NCBI RefSeq assembly: GCF_011386835.1
Contig: NC_088812.1
Location: 3,968,001 to 4,032,000 of the forward strand
Length of the DNA stretch: 64,000 bases
Direction: 5' to 3'
Source: Chrysemys picta bellii
Taxonomy: Eukaryota
The notes below the pieces were generated by a model that did not search any database, had not been told where the DNA came from, and saw nothing but the letters and a program-made list of their open reading frames with translations. Below are positions 12,401 through 22,800 of this stretch, one piece after another. Position 1 is the stretch's first letter. Each line of letters starts with the position of its first letter. Position numbers and translations under genes: made by a program.

Positions 12401-12873
12401 TGGAGATATTGTTCAGGGTGTGTGTGTGTGTGTGGGGGGGTCCAATTTGGGAAGGGGGGGGGTCTGGGGCAGGAGGCCTAGCTCCCCACCCCTGCCTACC
12501 ACCTCCTCTGGGAAGCCCCTGTCTTTACCTCCCACACTCTTGGTTGGCTCCTGGTGTAACACCCCCCCCCACACACACACAGCAGCTCTCTGCCCCCCAC
12601 GCCCATGGGGAGCTGAGCAGGGCATGATTCTGGTTCCGTCTCACTCTTTTCCCCCCTCCCCCCCGGCAGGAGTCGGAGCGGCTGGCGGCCATCATTGTCC
12701 CCTCCCTAGTCGGGGGTCTCCTGCTTATTGGACTTGTGATCTTTGGGGCGCTCAAGGTGCGGGAGAGGCGGCAGACGGAGGGCACCTACCGGCCCAGCAA
12801 CGAGGAGCAGGTGGGTGCTCGGGTGGTGACGAACGCTAACCTCCAACTGCCCCCCGAGGAGCGGCTGATCTGA
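9335..12873 (+). CDS. CRB3: Crumbs homolog 3 (ERLI isoform), 3 coding exons, 107 aa
   Basis: Exons 9335-9407, 12250-12296 and 12670-12873 join in frame with GT-AG. Protein: signal peptide MAGYSHSLLLAVALQSLLQPALGQ, short Ser/Thr ectodomain with NRS sequon, TM segment, RQTEGTYRPSNEEQ FERM-binding motif, C-terminal PPEERLI*. Adjacent to DENND1C as in human. Confidence 0.95.
10410..11500 (+). repeat. Degenerate tandem SINE-head-like repeats (family recurs across the window)
   Basis: ctagtggttagagc...ggactcctgggttctatcccc units; also at about 2090-2350, 3290-3420, 23220-23380, 34900, 36140, 39400-39740, 43180-43480, 45590-46110, 52500, 54380-54620, 55100. Confidence 0.85.
12250..12296 (+). CDS. 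CRB3: CRB3 coding exon 2 (TTNRSTVTPTSVSGLT)
   Basis: Pyrimidine tract plus AAG acceptor, GTAAGT donor, phase 1 to 0 fits both neighbours; N-glycosylation sequon. Confidence 0.85.
12670..12873 (+). CDS. CRB3: CRB3 coding exon 3 (TM and cytoplasmic tail)
   Basis: ESERLAAIIVPSLVGGLLLIGLVIFGALKVRERRQTEGTYRPSNEEQVGARVVTNANLQLPPEERLI*. Confidence 0.96.
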   Translation, partial: ESERLAAIIVPSLVGGLLLIGLVIFGALKVRERRQTEGTYRPSNEEQVGARVVTNANLQLPPEERLI

Positions 12874-14762
12874 CCCGGGCGGAGGGGGGGGGGTCACACA
12901 CACCCCCTCCCCGGACTGGCAGACTCTGTACCGGCTGGACCCTGTGGTTGCACATCTGGAAGGGGGGGGGCGGCTCCTTGCTCTCCGCTGGCTGGAAGGA
13001 GCCGAGGTCTTCGTCGCTGGATGCATTGGATTTCCACCTGCGCTCTCCTCCTGCGGGTTGGAGGGGTGCTGCCCGGTGAAACGGCTGGCCGTGCTGGTGC
13101 TGCGCGACATCGCCCCCTGGTGGCAGAAGCGGCGGGAACCTCTGCTGCTGCGCTGGGATATTGGCAGAACGCTCACACCTTGCGCGTGTTTCCACCTGGC
13201 TGAACGCTTTATCCCCTCCACCCCCGTCTGCGTCTCACACGTGTCCTGTAATCTCCCCTACCTCGGTCTGCGTCTGTCTGGCCTGGGGCCGGCTGCAGGG
13301 GGGTCAGCAAGCCGGCCCTCAGCTCGCATTGCAGGCTGCAGATGGGGAGTGACTCTGCATTGGCACCCGGGCTGGTGAAAGCGAGGCTGGTGCAGCAGCA
13401 AAGGAAGGGGAAGCTAGAAACTCCTGCCTGAGCCGCCGGAGAAGGGTTTGGCTTTTTAAAAAAAAAAAAAAAATCGCTGAAGGGAAACAGCCGTGTTTAA
13501 AAAACCGACCCCCCGGGTTAGTTAATACACATCAGCCCTCCTGTAGCCTGAGGTGCAGACGGAAGGTAGCGGTAGAGAGGTTTAAGTCCCTTCACTGTTG
13601 TGCCTCAGTTTCCCCATCTATCACTCCCCCTCTTCCTGGTGCTGTCCCGGCTACAAAACCAGCAGCCTTCTTGGGTGCATGTGGAAGGTGCCACATCGCT
13701 CTCTAGCGGCTGGTGAATGCAGAGGATAATAGCCTCCTGCGGCTGTCAGCGGATGGAGCCGCTCCTTGGGCTGGGCTGGGGTTACTGGACTCAAACCGGG
13801 GGCTGCTGATGGGGTCATTTCTCATGGTGGGGGGAGGGGTGAAATACACTAATAACTCAGAAAGCAACTGGGTGGCCTTTTTTGCTGTCCTGTCTATGGG
13901 GAATGTAACCAAACTGCACCCAACTTAACGAGCCAAATCTTCGTCCTCCGGCAGGGCCGTGGTTCATCCCCCCCTTAAACCAAAACTTGCTGGAATCTTC
14001 TCCCATGTGCGGCATCCCCCCCCGGAGCAGGTGCCGGTGGTCTTTTCCCCCAAGCCGCAGTGTCCCACAGCACAACCCTGCCCCATTGCTGCTCCCCCGG
14101 CCGGCACCAGGGCTAAGGTTATTTCCCTGCATGGGGCAGCCTGGGGTAAAGCAACCAGGGGGCCCCCCCATCGGCAAGGCTGGAGCAGCAGCAGCCATCC
14201 CCCTGCCTCAGGCTTCCAGACCCGTCTGCAGGAGAAGCAGCTTGTGGGCCGATTTCCTCGCCCCATTAGCCACTCGTACCAGCCGCGGTTCCTAGAGCCT
14301 AGGGCTTGGTTTGTGGATCTTTAACTCGAAGGACTTTTCTCCCACCCGTGCCTTGGCCATTTGAGTTACGGGGAACACACACAGGTTTTAAACAGGCCAG
14401 CCCATGGTGCCGTGGGGGGTTGCTCTGACCATCTCAGCCTCTGTTGACTCTAATTTTGATACAGTGGCAGTGAGTTCCCCAGCTCCCAAGGGAGGAAGAT
14501 GCGGGGGGAGCTGTTTGCCCAGTGGGCCATCCAGCATCAGGGGTTGCTAAGACCCCAGTTCCCCAGCCGGCTGCTTGGGTCATCTTTACAGCCCCTGCTT
14601 CCTCACTGTAGGCTGTGTCTTGGCTCTGCACCCGTGCCTGCCGCCGGCGCCTCCGGGGCATGCCAACCTTGCTCAGTGGCTGGCTGAAAGCTTCCCCTGC
14701 TGGGCCAGCCGTCACCTGGTGCTGCGTGTTCTCCGCCTCCGTCACCTCTTCTCTCCTTTCAG

Positions 14763-14798
14763 TCCTCCCGGGAAGACCCGAAATTAACGGAGCTGTGA
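14763..14798 (+). CDS. CRB3: Candidate alternative CRB3 terminal exon (SSREDPKLTEL*)
   Basis: Strong acceptor ctcttctctcctttcag at 14762; phase 0 match to internal donor CAG|GTGGGT at 12810/12811, where mammalian CRB3B diverges. Confidence 0.5.
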   Translation, partial: SSREDPKLTEL

Positions 14799-15538
14799 GA
14801 GCCGGGAGCAAACGTCCCCAGAGTTTGGCCCTTGCCCTTTGAAACGGCCGGAGTTGGGATCTCCCGGCCCCATGCCCGCCCACTGGTCAGTTTCGCACCC
14901 TCTCCCCCCGCCACGGGGGTCACTCTACCCAGTTTTGCATGGGCCAGAGGCTGCCCCTTTCAACCTCCCTGTTCACCCAGCAGCAGGGGGGCTGGTCGCT
15001 GCCCTGTGATAATACAAATAAGTGCAGCAGGGCTGGGGCCCTGACATGGGACTAGCTGTTCACAGCCTTCTAGCCCTCAAATCTCTTCTTCAGCTGTGAC
15101 GGCTGAAGCAGGGCTGGGAGCCATGTAGGATTTAGGCTGCCATGGGAATCGAGGAGCGTTAGGCACCTCCAGCCCTTTGAGGAGCCGGGCCTCTGACCCA
15201 GGGGGTTTAGGTGCCCCTGTTGCTAATCTTCCCCCTTTTCTGCACCCAAATATGCAGCAATGTAGTTGAAGCTGTCCCCCGACGCTCGCCTAGAAAGGGA
15301 GGCTGGTCCTGCCAGGAAGGCCCTGCCTCAGACCCGCTGGGTGACCTTGGACAAGTCACGTCACCTCTCGTGCCTCAGTTTCCCTAGCTGTAGGAAGCCG
15401 GTCCTACAGAGCCAGCGAGGAGCAGGAGGCAGGGTTACCTGCCCCTCTGGGTGCTGGCATGGCAGCTTTTTAAGTTGGGTTTATACAGTGTTGTGTTTTT
15501 CCCTCCTCTGTGCAAATGTAACTTTTATTTTTTTGTAA

Positions 15539-15544
15539 AATAAA
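15539..15544 (+). terminator. CRB3 polyadenylation signal AATAAA
   Basis: First AATAAA I found downstream of both candidate CRB3 stops; U-rich upstream context. Confidence 0.7.
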
Positions 15545-15796
15545 CTAATTTTGGGATCAATTAAAAAAAAAAAAGGGGGGGGAGCGGGGCCCAGGCCCTC
15601 TCGCCCTTGCTGATGATGCATTTTTGCAGGGGGCGGGATCCGGTCAGCCAAGGGAGGGGAAGCTGCAGATGTCCTCGAGTACGGAGCCCCAAGGCGGGGA
15701 AGTGGGAGGCAGCAGGAGGCTGGCTCTGGGGAGCGTTCAGCCCCACTGTGGGACGGCTGATTGAATAGCAACCCGCTGGTGGTTCCACCATAAGCA

Positions 15797-15802
15797 TTTA
15801 TT
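15797..15802 (-). terminator. DENND1C polyadenylation signal AATAAA
   Basis: TTTATT on + strand about 195 nt after the DENND1C stop. Confidence 0.75.
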
Positions 15803-15995
15803 CAGAGCCCCCCCCCCCGCGCGGGCTTTGTGGAGCAGGCCGGAGCCAGGCCAGCGTCTCCCCATTGTCCTGAGCCGAGCGGGGCAGTGCAGCTTTTGGG
15901 CGTCCTGGTGCAGTTCTGCCTGGGGGGCCCCTGGTCCAGCAATGTCAGTAGCTCAGCATGGGCCCCCGGGTGCAGCTCTCCACGCCGCCAGCCTT

Positions 15996-16862
15996 CTAGG
16001 ACTCAAACCTCTTCTTCAGCTCCGATACCTTGGGCAGGGCCGGGGGCTGGGAGGCTTGGTCCAGCTCCGGCCAGGATGAGCTGGGCAGGGTGGCCCCTGC
16101 CCCCAGCGGGGGGACCCCGCCCCTGATGTCAGTTTGCCTACAGGCCTTGGCCTGGAACAGAGCCACAGCTGACTGGACCCTAGGGGAGGAGGGGCTATCC
16201 AGTGGGAGGTGGGGCTCTGCCCCAGGGGCGTGGCTATCCTGTTGGGGGTGGGGCTCTACCTCAGGGGCGGGGCTATCCTGTTTGGGGAGGGGCTCTGCCT
16301 CAGGGGTGGGGCTATCCTGTTTGGGGTGGGGCTCTACCTCAGGGGCGGGGCTATCCTGTTTGGGGAGGGGCTCTGCCTCAGGGGCGGGGCTATCCTGTTT
16401 CGGGAGGGGCTCTGCTCTGCACACCCCCTGCCCAGACTCTGGCCCTGTAGTGGCTGCTTCAGGGTGGCCTCCTGTCCCCACTTCTTCAGGGGGCCCCAGA
16501 GAGCCAGTGGTTGGTGTCAGCTCTGCCCCAGCCCCTCCGCCCCCCAGCTCCTTCTCCCCGAGCTGGAAGGGCTTGTGCCAGGGCACCCTGAGCGTTGCTA
16601 CCCTCTCAGCTGGCTGGGGAGGGCCCTCCTCATCCTCATTGATCCCACGGTCCCACATCCCGCTGGCCGGGCGCGTGGCCTTGGCGGGCAGCAGCAAAGC
16701 ATGCTGGGAGTCCCCAGCCTCCTCCTCGGCCAGGGAGGCCTCCTCCGAAGAGGGGGGGGCGAACTCCAGGGACGAGTCGTCCTCCTCGGCCAGCAGCCAG
16801 CACTCGTGGTCCCGGGCCTGGCGCCCGCTCAGGTTCTCCTCACTGGGGTTCGTGTGCCTCAG
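15996..16862 (-). CDS. DENND1C: DENND1C exon 23 (terminal, contains 39-bp coding repeat)
   Basis: [11 protein letters not shown]...[11 protein letters not shown]; acceptor ccttgtcccttccag. Confidence 0.92.
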   Translation of the reverse strand: MRHTNPSEENLSGRQARDHECWLLAEEDDSSLEFAPPSSEEASLAEEEAGDSQHALLLPAKATRPASGMWDRGINEDEEGPPQPAERVATLRVPWHKPFQLGEKELGGGGAGAELTPTTGSLGPPEEVGTGGHPEAATTGPESGQGVCRAEPLPKQDSPAPEAEPLPKQDSPAPEVEPHPKQDSPTPEAEPLPKQDSPAPEVEPHPQQDSHAPGAEPHLPLDSPSSPRVQSAVALFQAKACRQTDIRGGVPPLGAGATLPSSSWPELDQASQPPALPKVSELKKRFES

Positions 16863-19800
16863 CTGGAAGGGACAAGGAGCCAGGGTTGGTGCAGCAAGGG
16901 GCAGGGAGAGAGACCGAGGCTGGAGAGGGAGGGGCTAGAGAAGAGGGGCGGAGTTAGGGGAGGGGCTAGGAGAGGAAAAGTTGGGGAGGCGGTGGACTCA
17001 AGCGGCAGGGTCAGAGAGGGATGGGGCAGAATCAGGAGGGAGGGGGGGCCAAGAGAAAGACTTGGGTGGAGAGAGGTGGGGTGGCATGCAGGTGCACAGG
17101 GACGTGTCCATGGGGGAGGGGCAGCCCAGGGAGATGCCTGGGGGGGAGGGGCAGCACAGGGCGGCGCCCGGGGCGACACAGGGAGGTGCACAGGGGAGGG
17201 GCAGCGCGCGGGGCGACACAGGGAGGTGCACGGGGGGGCGGGGAGCTCACCCTGGTGTAGCAGCTGCCCTCCTCCAGGTTGCAGAAGTCCAGGCTGCGGG
17301 TCCCGTAGAGCAGCCCCCGTCCACTGGGCGCCACCAGGCTCAGCGTCTCGAAGATCTCGCCCAGCAGGTCGATCTCGCCCGTCTCCAGGAAGCTCTTGTC
17401 CATCTCCCCCCCATCAGGGATGGCATCGGGGTCTGGGGGAGCCTTGTGGCCTTCTGCCGGGGCAGCCCTGAGAGACATGGGGGAAGGGGGGGGCTGGGCA
17501 TTCATGTTACAGCCAGGTGTGGAAACTGACATACAGAAAACATGGCAACAAGCTCGTGCACGAACGTGACCTCACATGTGGCAACACGCATGTCAACCAC
17601 CATGGGAACACAGCGTCACGTCACACTCTCAGCCTGTGCCAGTGCACATGCAAACGAATACGTGGAATAGGCATGTCAGCCGTCATGCGTGGCCCACGTG
17701 CCAACACCCAGGCCCACCCACACACGCGACACACATGCTCAGGTATTAAAGCTGGCCACCCACGCGGCTGTCTGCGTCAAAAGCCCCACGGAAAGTGGCA
17801 GGCGTGACGCTGACCGCACGTGCCAGCACGCGTGTAAACACGCATGCCCTGCAGCCCACACCCCAGGCCATCTCTCCAATCCCCCCAATATCTGCACTCC
17901 TCCCCAGCCAGAGCCCGCCCCGCCCCCCCGTTACCTCTGGGCCTCCAGCTCCATCCCGCTGCAGCGTTTATTGGGTCGCAGGGGTCGGGACTGCAAGGAA
18001 ACACGGGTCAAAGATCCCCCTGCTCACCCCTGGGCAGTGTGACACCAAGCCCCTCCAGCATGAGGGTGTCGCTGGGGCCAGGACCTCCCTGCCCCCCAGG
18101 CCTTTCCCTGCCCACCGCTCCCTGATCTGTGCCAGCCTCCCCCCACGCTGGGCTAGGGTCGTTATCCAGGGCCACGGGTGAAGGAGGTGGGGTGGAAAGG
18201 GGAGGAAAGGCCCACAGCTAGGCAGAGCTCACCTTGCGCCTTCCCCCAGATGCTACTCAGATGAGTAAGGGGTATCTGGGTGGGGCGGGGGGAGCGATTC
18301 ACTTCCCAAACTACCTGCTACGGGTTCCAGATGTTTCACATCTGCATGAGGATTACCCGCATGCTGCCGTTATTCCCACCAGATGTTCCACATCTGGGGA
18401 GCTGGACTATTTGTGCATGTTACCCATGCCGGAGGTTCCACATCCAGGTGAGGATTATCTGCATACCCCCATTCTTCCCTCCAGATGTGTCACATCTGCA
18501 TTAACTGCATACCCTCTTTATTCCCTTCCAGATGTTCCACATCTGCATTAATTGCATACTCCCATTATTCCCTCCAGATGTACCACATCTGCATTAACTG
18601 CGTACCCTGTTTATTCCCTTCCAGATGCTTCACACTTGCATGAGGATTACCCGCATGCTGTGATTCCCACCAGAAGTTGCACATCTGCACCGGGATCCAG
18701 ACCCCACCGTTATTTCCTTCCCGATGTTCCACATCTGTGGGAGGACCATCTGTGCGTCCCCACCCCCGTCCAGATGCCCCCCCCGGCCCCACCCCCTACA
18801 GAGGTTTCGCAGTCTCTGACCTTCCCGAAGTGCTGGGTGATGGGCAGCCGGCTTTGCAGGCACTCGGACTGGGTGCTCCGGGGCAGGATGGGGCCTGAGA
18901 GCTGGTCGCACTTCAGGGAGCCGCCTCGCTGCAGGGCTGAAGCCTGGCCCAAGTCCTGGAGGGGGGAAGGAGGGCCGGGCAGGAGGACGGTGAGCAGACT
19001 CCCATGCAAGGCTCATAGACTTATAGACTTTAAGGTCAGAAGGGACCATTATGATCTTCTAGGCTGACCTCCTGCACAACGCAGGCCACAGAATCTCACC
19101 CACCCACCCCTGTAACAAATCCCTGAGCTATTGAAGTCCTCAACTTGTGATTTAAAGACTTCAAGGTGCAGAGAATCCTCCAGCAAGTGATCAGTGCCCC
19201 ACGCTGCAGAGGAAGGTGAAAACCCCCCAGGGCCGCTGCCAATCTGCCCTGGAAGAAAATTCCTTCCCGACCCCAAATATGGCCATCAGCTAAACCCTGA
19301 GCATGTGGGCAAGACTTACCAAGCCAGACACCCAGGAAAGAATTCTCTGTAGTAACTCAGATCCCCCCCCATCTAACATCCCATCACAGGCCATTGGACA
19401 TATTTACCTGCTAATAATCAAAGATCAATTAATTGCCAAAATGAGGCTATCCCATCATCCCATCCCCTCCATAAACTTATCAAGCTTAGTCTTGAAGCCA
19501 GATATGTCTTTTGCCCCCACTGCTCCCCTTGGGAGGCTGTTCCAGAACTTCACTCCTCTGATGGTTAGAAACCTTCGTCTAATTTCAAGACTAAACTTCC
19601 TGATGGCCAGTTTATATCCACTTGTTCTTGTGTCCACATTGGTACTGAGCTTAAATAATTCCTCTCCCTCCCTGGTATTTATCCCTCTGATGTATTTATA
19701 GAGAGCAATCATATCTCCCCTCAGCCTTCTTTTGGTTACGCTAAACAAGCCGAACTCTTTGAGTCTCCTTTCATAAGACAGGTTTTCCATTCCTCGGATC

Positions 19801-22800
19801 ATCCTAGTAGCTCTTCTCTGTACCTGTTTGAATCCAGTTTGAATTCATCCTTCTTAAACATGGCAGACCAGAACTGCACACAGTATTCCAGATGAGGTCT
19901 CACCAGTGCCTGGTATAATGGTACTAACACCTCCTTATCTTTACTGGAAAGACCTCGCCTGATGCATCCCAAGACCGCATTAGCTTTTTTCACAGCCGAA
20001 GAGTGACGGAGAAGAGCCAGGGCCCGCTTCCTCCATCTGATCTAGAGAGCGCCGCCCTAGAGGAGCTCGGTCTCAGTGGCCAACAAGGGGGGGCTGGTCT
20101 GGGGGTGACATGGAGGCCCAGCCCACTGGCAACTGGGTGGCAGTAAATGCCCCCACATGGCGAGGTGCTCTTGGCCACGGCTGACATGGGAGATGGGGCG
20201 GGATTCGAACCTGTGGCTTTGGAGCTCCAAACCCCAGTGCTATTAATAGGGGCTTCATGACATTTAAATCGGCCAGCTAGCCCGGCAGGTGAGGGCAAAG
20301 GTCACTGGGGTGGGGGCACATCTGGAGCTCAATGCATCTCGGGGGGGGGGCATCACCCTATCCCTGTGGGACGAGGGCAGGAAGTAGACGGGCTACGCAA
20401 GGCCCCCATCCCAGCACCTCCCCGATCATCTCCGGAGCCTCAGCCCAAGGGAGTCCCGCTGCCAGGAGTTGCTGGCTCTAACCCCCTTGGACCAAGAGGT
20501 CTTCTTCTGCAGATCCTCAAGGGGGATCTCCAAGCAGAGCGTCATGGAGACTCCAGGTAGAATCTGCCCTGGCAGAAGACTAGAAAGTTTCTTTGGCCAG
20601 CTTAGGATCTCTTATTACTGCTGATCCGAACCCTTAGCCCCCCTGTTGTCTCCTAACCCTTTCTCATCTACTACCTCAGACCTGAACCCCATTCACAATC
20701 TACTACCCTTAACCCTCCTTATGACTGCCACTCCTAGCTCCTGCCCCATCCAATCCCCCAGGAAGCAGCTGATCAGAGTGGAGCTAGGGGGAGGGGGAAT
20801 TTCCTCAGCAAGGGGGAATCCCTGGCTCCGAGTTGGGGGTTGGGGGTGGGGAGGCTGGGCAGGATCCCCCAGCCCAAAGAGGATTGTTGCAGTAGGAATC
20901 TTACCCTGTACCTCAAGCGACTTCGCATCTCCTTCAGCCTGTCTCGGGCATGGCTCTTGGCCTAGAGGAGAGAAGAAAGAGGGGTGACCAGGCAGGAGGC
21001 CATTCCTGGCTCTTTATGGTGTTATACAACTGTCCACTCAGAGATCCTGGCACAGACACACGACTGCGTCCCCCTGGGAACTCCCCGCACAGACACACGA
21101 CTGCATCCCCCTGCGATACACCAGCCCCGGGAATCCCCCGCACCGAGCCACGACTGCATCCCCCTGCGATACCTCTGCCCCCGGGAACTCCCCCCCACAC
21201 GGATAAGATCCCCCTGCTATCAGAGCCCAGTGAACGGGGAAGACTGTGTAGCCAGTTGGTGACCTTACGTATTTGTACATGTTCTTGACGGCTGGGTTTG
21301 TCTTGCTCTTCACAGTGTGGATCAGGGCTCCTCCGCCTTTCTGGCAAGACAAAGCACAGAGACATTGCTTTGGAGCGACCTCTGTAGGCCCCTGGTGCCT
21401 CCTGCAGTCCTTAGCTTTGTCTTTCCCCCTGACACAAGTAACCTGACCTTCCTGCCACTAGAGGGAGCCTGTGGGTGACTACAGTTGCGGCAGGAGTCAC
21501 CAGGTGGCGCTGTCGCACACAATCTTTCTCTTAGCCGCGTTCAAGACACGCCACCTTGTTGCTAGTTTTGCAATGGTGTTTTCTCCGGTGGGAGCTGTTG
21601 CAAGCAGTGGGGGGTTGCTCTCTTCCATGGTCCTGCTAACTAGAATCAGCTGGAGGCCGGTGCTGTGACATGTGGTCTCAGCAGGCGAGCGAACGGTCCG
21701 TCATGGGAAGACCCACACTGCACATGGCAGTTAATTTGGGGGTCGTGCTAAGGCCCGGGGAGCAGGAGCTGGGACAGCAGCTGGACAGTTTGCTCCATCT
21801 TGATCTCTGACTGGCATCGATTCTTGAGGCAGTGTTGCACCCCGGGCAGGGAGTTTTGCAAGGGGCTGGGATTCCTGATTGAGGGGATCGGCCTGCGTGC
21901 AGCTGGTGACACCTCTGTTCCAAGACTGGTGGTATAGAGTGTAAATAAACTAGTTGCAAATATGCCCAGATGCCATATCACTGATTTCTCCTCCAATTGG
22001 AAGCTGGCATGTCAGGTGTTCGGCATCTGCTACCTCTCAAGAGAGAGGCAACCGTAGAACATAATATTGTCAGTGCATCTAAGCCACTGATGGCCCCTAA
22101 GGAGAAAGGAAGAACTTAGGGCTTGACCTTCTGTCACGGAGTTGGGGGAGACACCCCCGGCTTCCTGGATTCACAGCCAGGCAGTAAAACAGAAGGTTTA
22201 TTAGATGACAGGAACACAGTCCAAGACAGGTCTTGCAGGTACAGACAACAGGAGCCCCTCAGTCAGGTCCATCTTGGGGGGCCAGGGGAGGCCAGGAGGT
22301 CTGTCTGGCCTCCCCTCCATTTTCCCAGCCAAACTGAAACTCTCCAGCCCCTCCTCTCCGTTTGTCTCTTTCCCAGGCCAGGAGGTCACCTGATCTCTTT
22401 GTTCTTCAACACCTTTAGTTGGCACCTTTGCAGGGGAGGGACCCATTAGTTGCCAGGAGACAGGGTGTCGGCCATTCTCTGTACAGACACTCTCTGGCCC
22501 CCTAGGGCTCTGCAACAATCACACACCCCTAGACACTCGAGAAATGCATAGGGGAAACTGAGGCACCCACACAGCCCTCAGGGAAAGCATTAAGAACATT
22601 CCCACTTCGTCACATCTCTATCCCACTTCGTCACAGCTTCTCAATCCACTATGGACACTCCAATGACTTCTGTGGAGCCGCTCCTGAGTTAACACGAATG
22701 GGATCAGAATCACGCTACTAACTGGGAGGTGGTGTGTCAGGAAGCACGTGTAAGTTACACGGCCCGGGGAGTTAATTTACACAGCGCGCAGTAAATTCAA

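Noticed and set aside
16030-17529. Plus-strand ORFs of 302, 420 and 182 aa
   Set aside because: Antisense shadows of the GC-rich DENND1C exons and the coding repeat; low-complexity Gly-rich translation.
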